Part shown: positions 63,001 through 64,000 of the stretch, in pieces
Numbering within the stretch: the first letter of the stretch is position 1
Layout of the letters: each line of letters opens with the position of its first letter
Assembly (NCBI GenBank): GCA_965285935.1
Contig: OZ260663.1
Coordinates: 76,074,001-76,138,000 of the forward strand
Origin: Ophelia neglecta
Taxonomy: Eukaryota
DNA: 64,000 nt
Direction of reading: 5' to 3'
Made by a program: the position numbers and the translations under genes
The notes under the pieces: generated by a model
Told to the model about the DNA's origin: nothing
Seen by the model: only the letters and a program-made list of their open reading frames with translations
Database searches by the model: none

Positions 63001-64000
63001 GGTGAAGGGGATTCATCAGGAGGGATTATGCCTCCTTGTCCTTATTAGCCTTCCATTCTTGGTTGTCCCTGCTGCCTCACCACGTCAGCCTTGGTTAGGC
63101 TCAGGTCAGGCTCCCCAGCCTCCAGTCCATTAATACTCCACCACCATTACTTAATCGAAATTCCAACACTGCCAGCCAGTCTGCCAAAATCTAATTAGTT
63201 CTATATGCATAAGGACCTGCGAACTTCATAGCGCTGCACAGGGAGACAATTTTAATCCATTTACTTGCAATCTAATTTTTGTGGCAGGCATTTTGTGGCA
63301 TGAACGCCACACATCCTCCTCAAGTTTAGCGACATCATTTAGCAGTGCCAATCACAGTTACTTCATTTGGACAACAGGGTTCTGACATTCAGGGCCAGGC
63401 CTAACAATTTAAAGGGAGTCACACAGCACCCAACTAGAGTAATTAAAATGCCATCCAACAAAAAGCTGAAGAAATAAAGAGGCTAGTGTGATGCCGTGGA
63501 CGACCTTGCCGATCCGCCCAATGTTTGTCTTCCTGCCCACTAATCCCTCTGGCTGCTTCGTCAACGAATAATTAACAAATACACAGCGCCAGATCTATTC
63601 TGACCCTGAGCTTGTTTTTTGGGGTAATGCGCTTCCATAACTATGCTGATCACATAGGCACATTAGGGCCTTGCTGCTGTAGAAAACGTCTGCCGTACTA
63701 AGGAGCAGCTTCATTATTTTGATTTCCCCTTGTGGCGGTTATATAGATAATATAGTTAATTTCATTGGCCCTTGATGAACAAACTCGACTGAGGAGTTTT
63801 ATTTGATTGTCCAGGACTTTCCTGCTGCGACCCTTACAGCCAGCACAGGTGACTATGTGTCCGACTAGACAGCCCCTTTCACTTAGCAAATCAGGCTCGG
63901 CATTATCCACCACCTACCCAATTGTGTCCCTGGCTATATCGCCTGAAGGATGGCTTTCACTTGTCAAAGGCTGCCTCAATACAGTCAAAGGAATTGTCCA
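54009..64000 (-). other. zfh2: Large ZFHX intron (continues beyond the window), probably containing enhancers
   Basis: No further convincing exon seen, and the N-terminal ZFHX zinc fingers are missing from the window. CpG-poor, rich in TAAT/ATTA, no recognisable transposons. Confidence 0.6.

Overview
This is eukaryotic (animal, probably lophotrochozoan invertebrate) genomic DNA with spliceosomal introns and one 151-N assembly gap; no prokaryotic features, CRISPR arrays, rRNA or tRNA genes were seen. The window has two halves. (1) 1-~35,500 is repeat-rich and, by eye, keeps its CpGs. It holds a 484-bp satellite inside a 2,414-bp duplication, a ~300-bp satellite, a decayed CR1/L2-type LINE, several MITEs, a Helentron-associated (HINE/DINE-like) element and a Meta-type SINE. 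It also holds two small genes: an intronless GPI-anchored Ly6/uPAR three-finger protein (18495-19037, +) and a spliced single-pass membrane protein with an acidic tail (28414-28285 + 27968-27284, -) that the ORF track only partly shows. (2) ~36,000-64,000 is the 3' part of a zfh2/ZFHX3/ZFHX4-family zinc-finger homeobox gene on the minus strand. Six coding exons can be spliced by hand into ~2,315 aa with 4 homeodomains and ~17 zinc fingers; every intron is phase 1, and the gene has a long 3' UTR and CpG-poor, nearly transposon-free introns. Its 5' part lies beyond the window. I see no convincing novel multi-gene system. The best leads are the orphan transmembrane-adaptor-like gene, the 12-cysteine three-finger protein, the all-phase-1 ZFHX exon design with two small unannotated exons, and several palindromic or satellite-bearing mobile elements. 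All homology calls rest on recognising motifs by eye; no searches were run.
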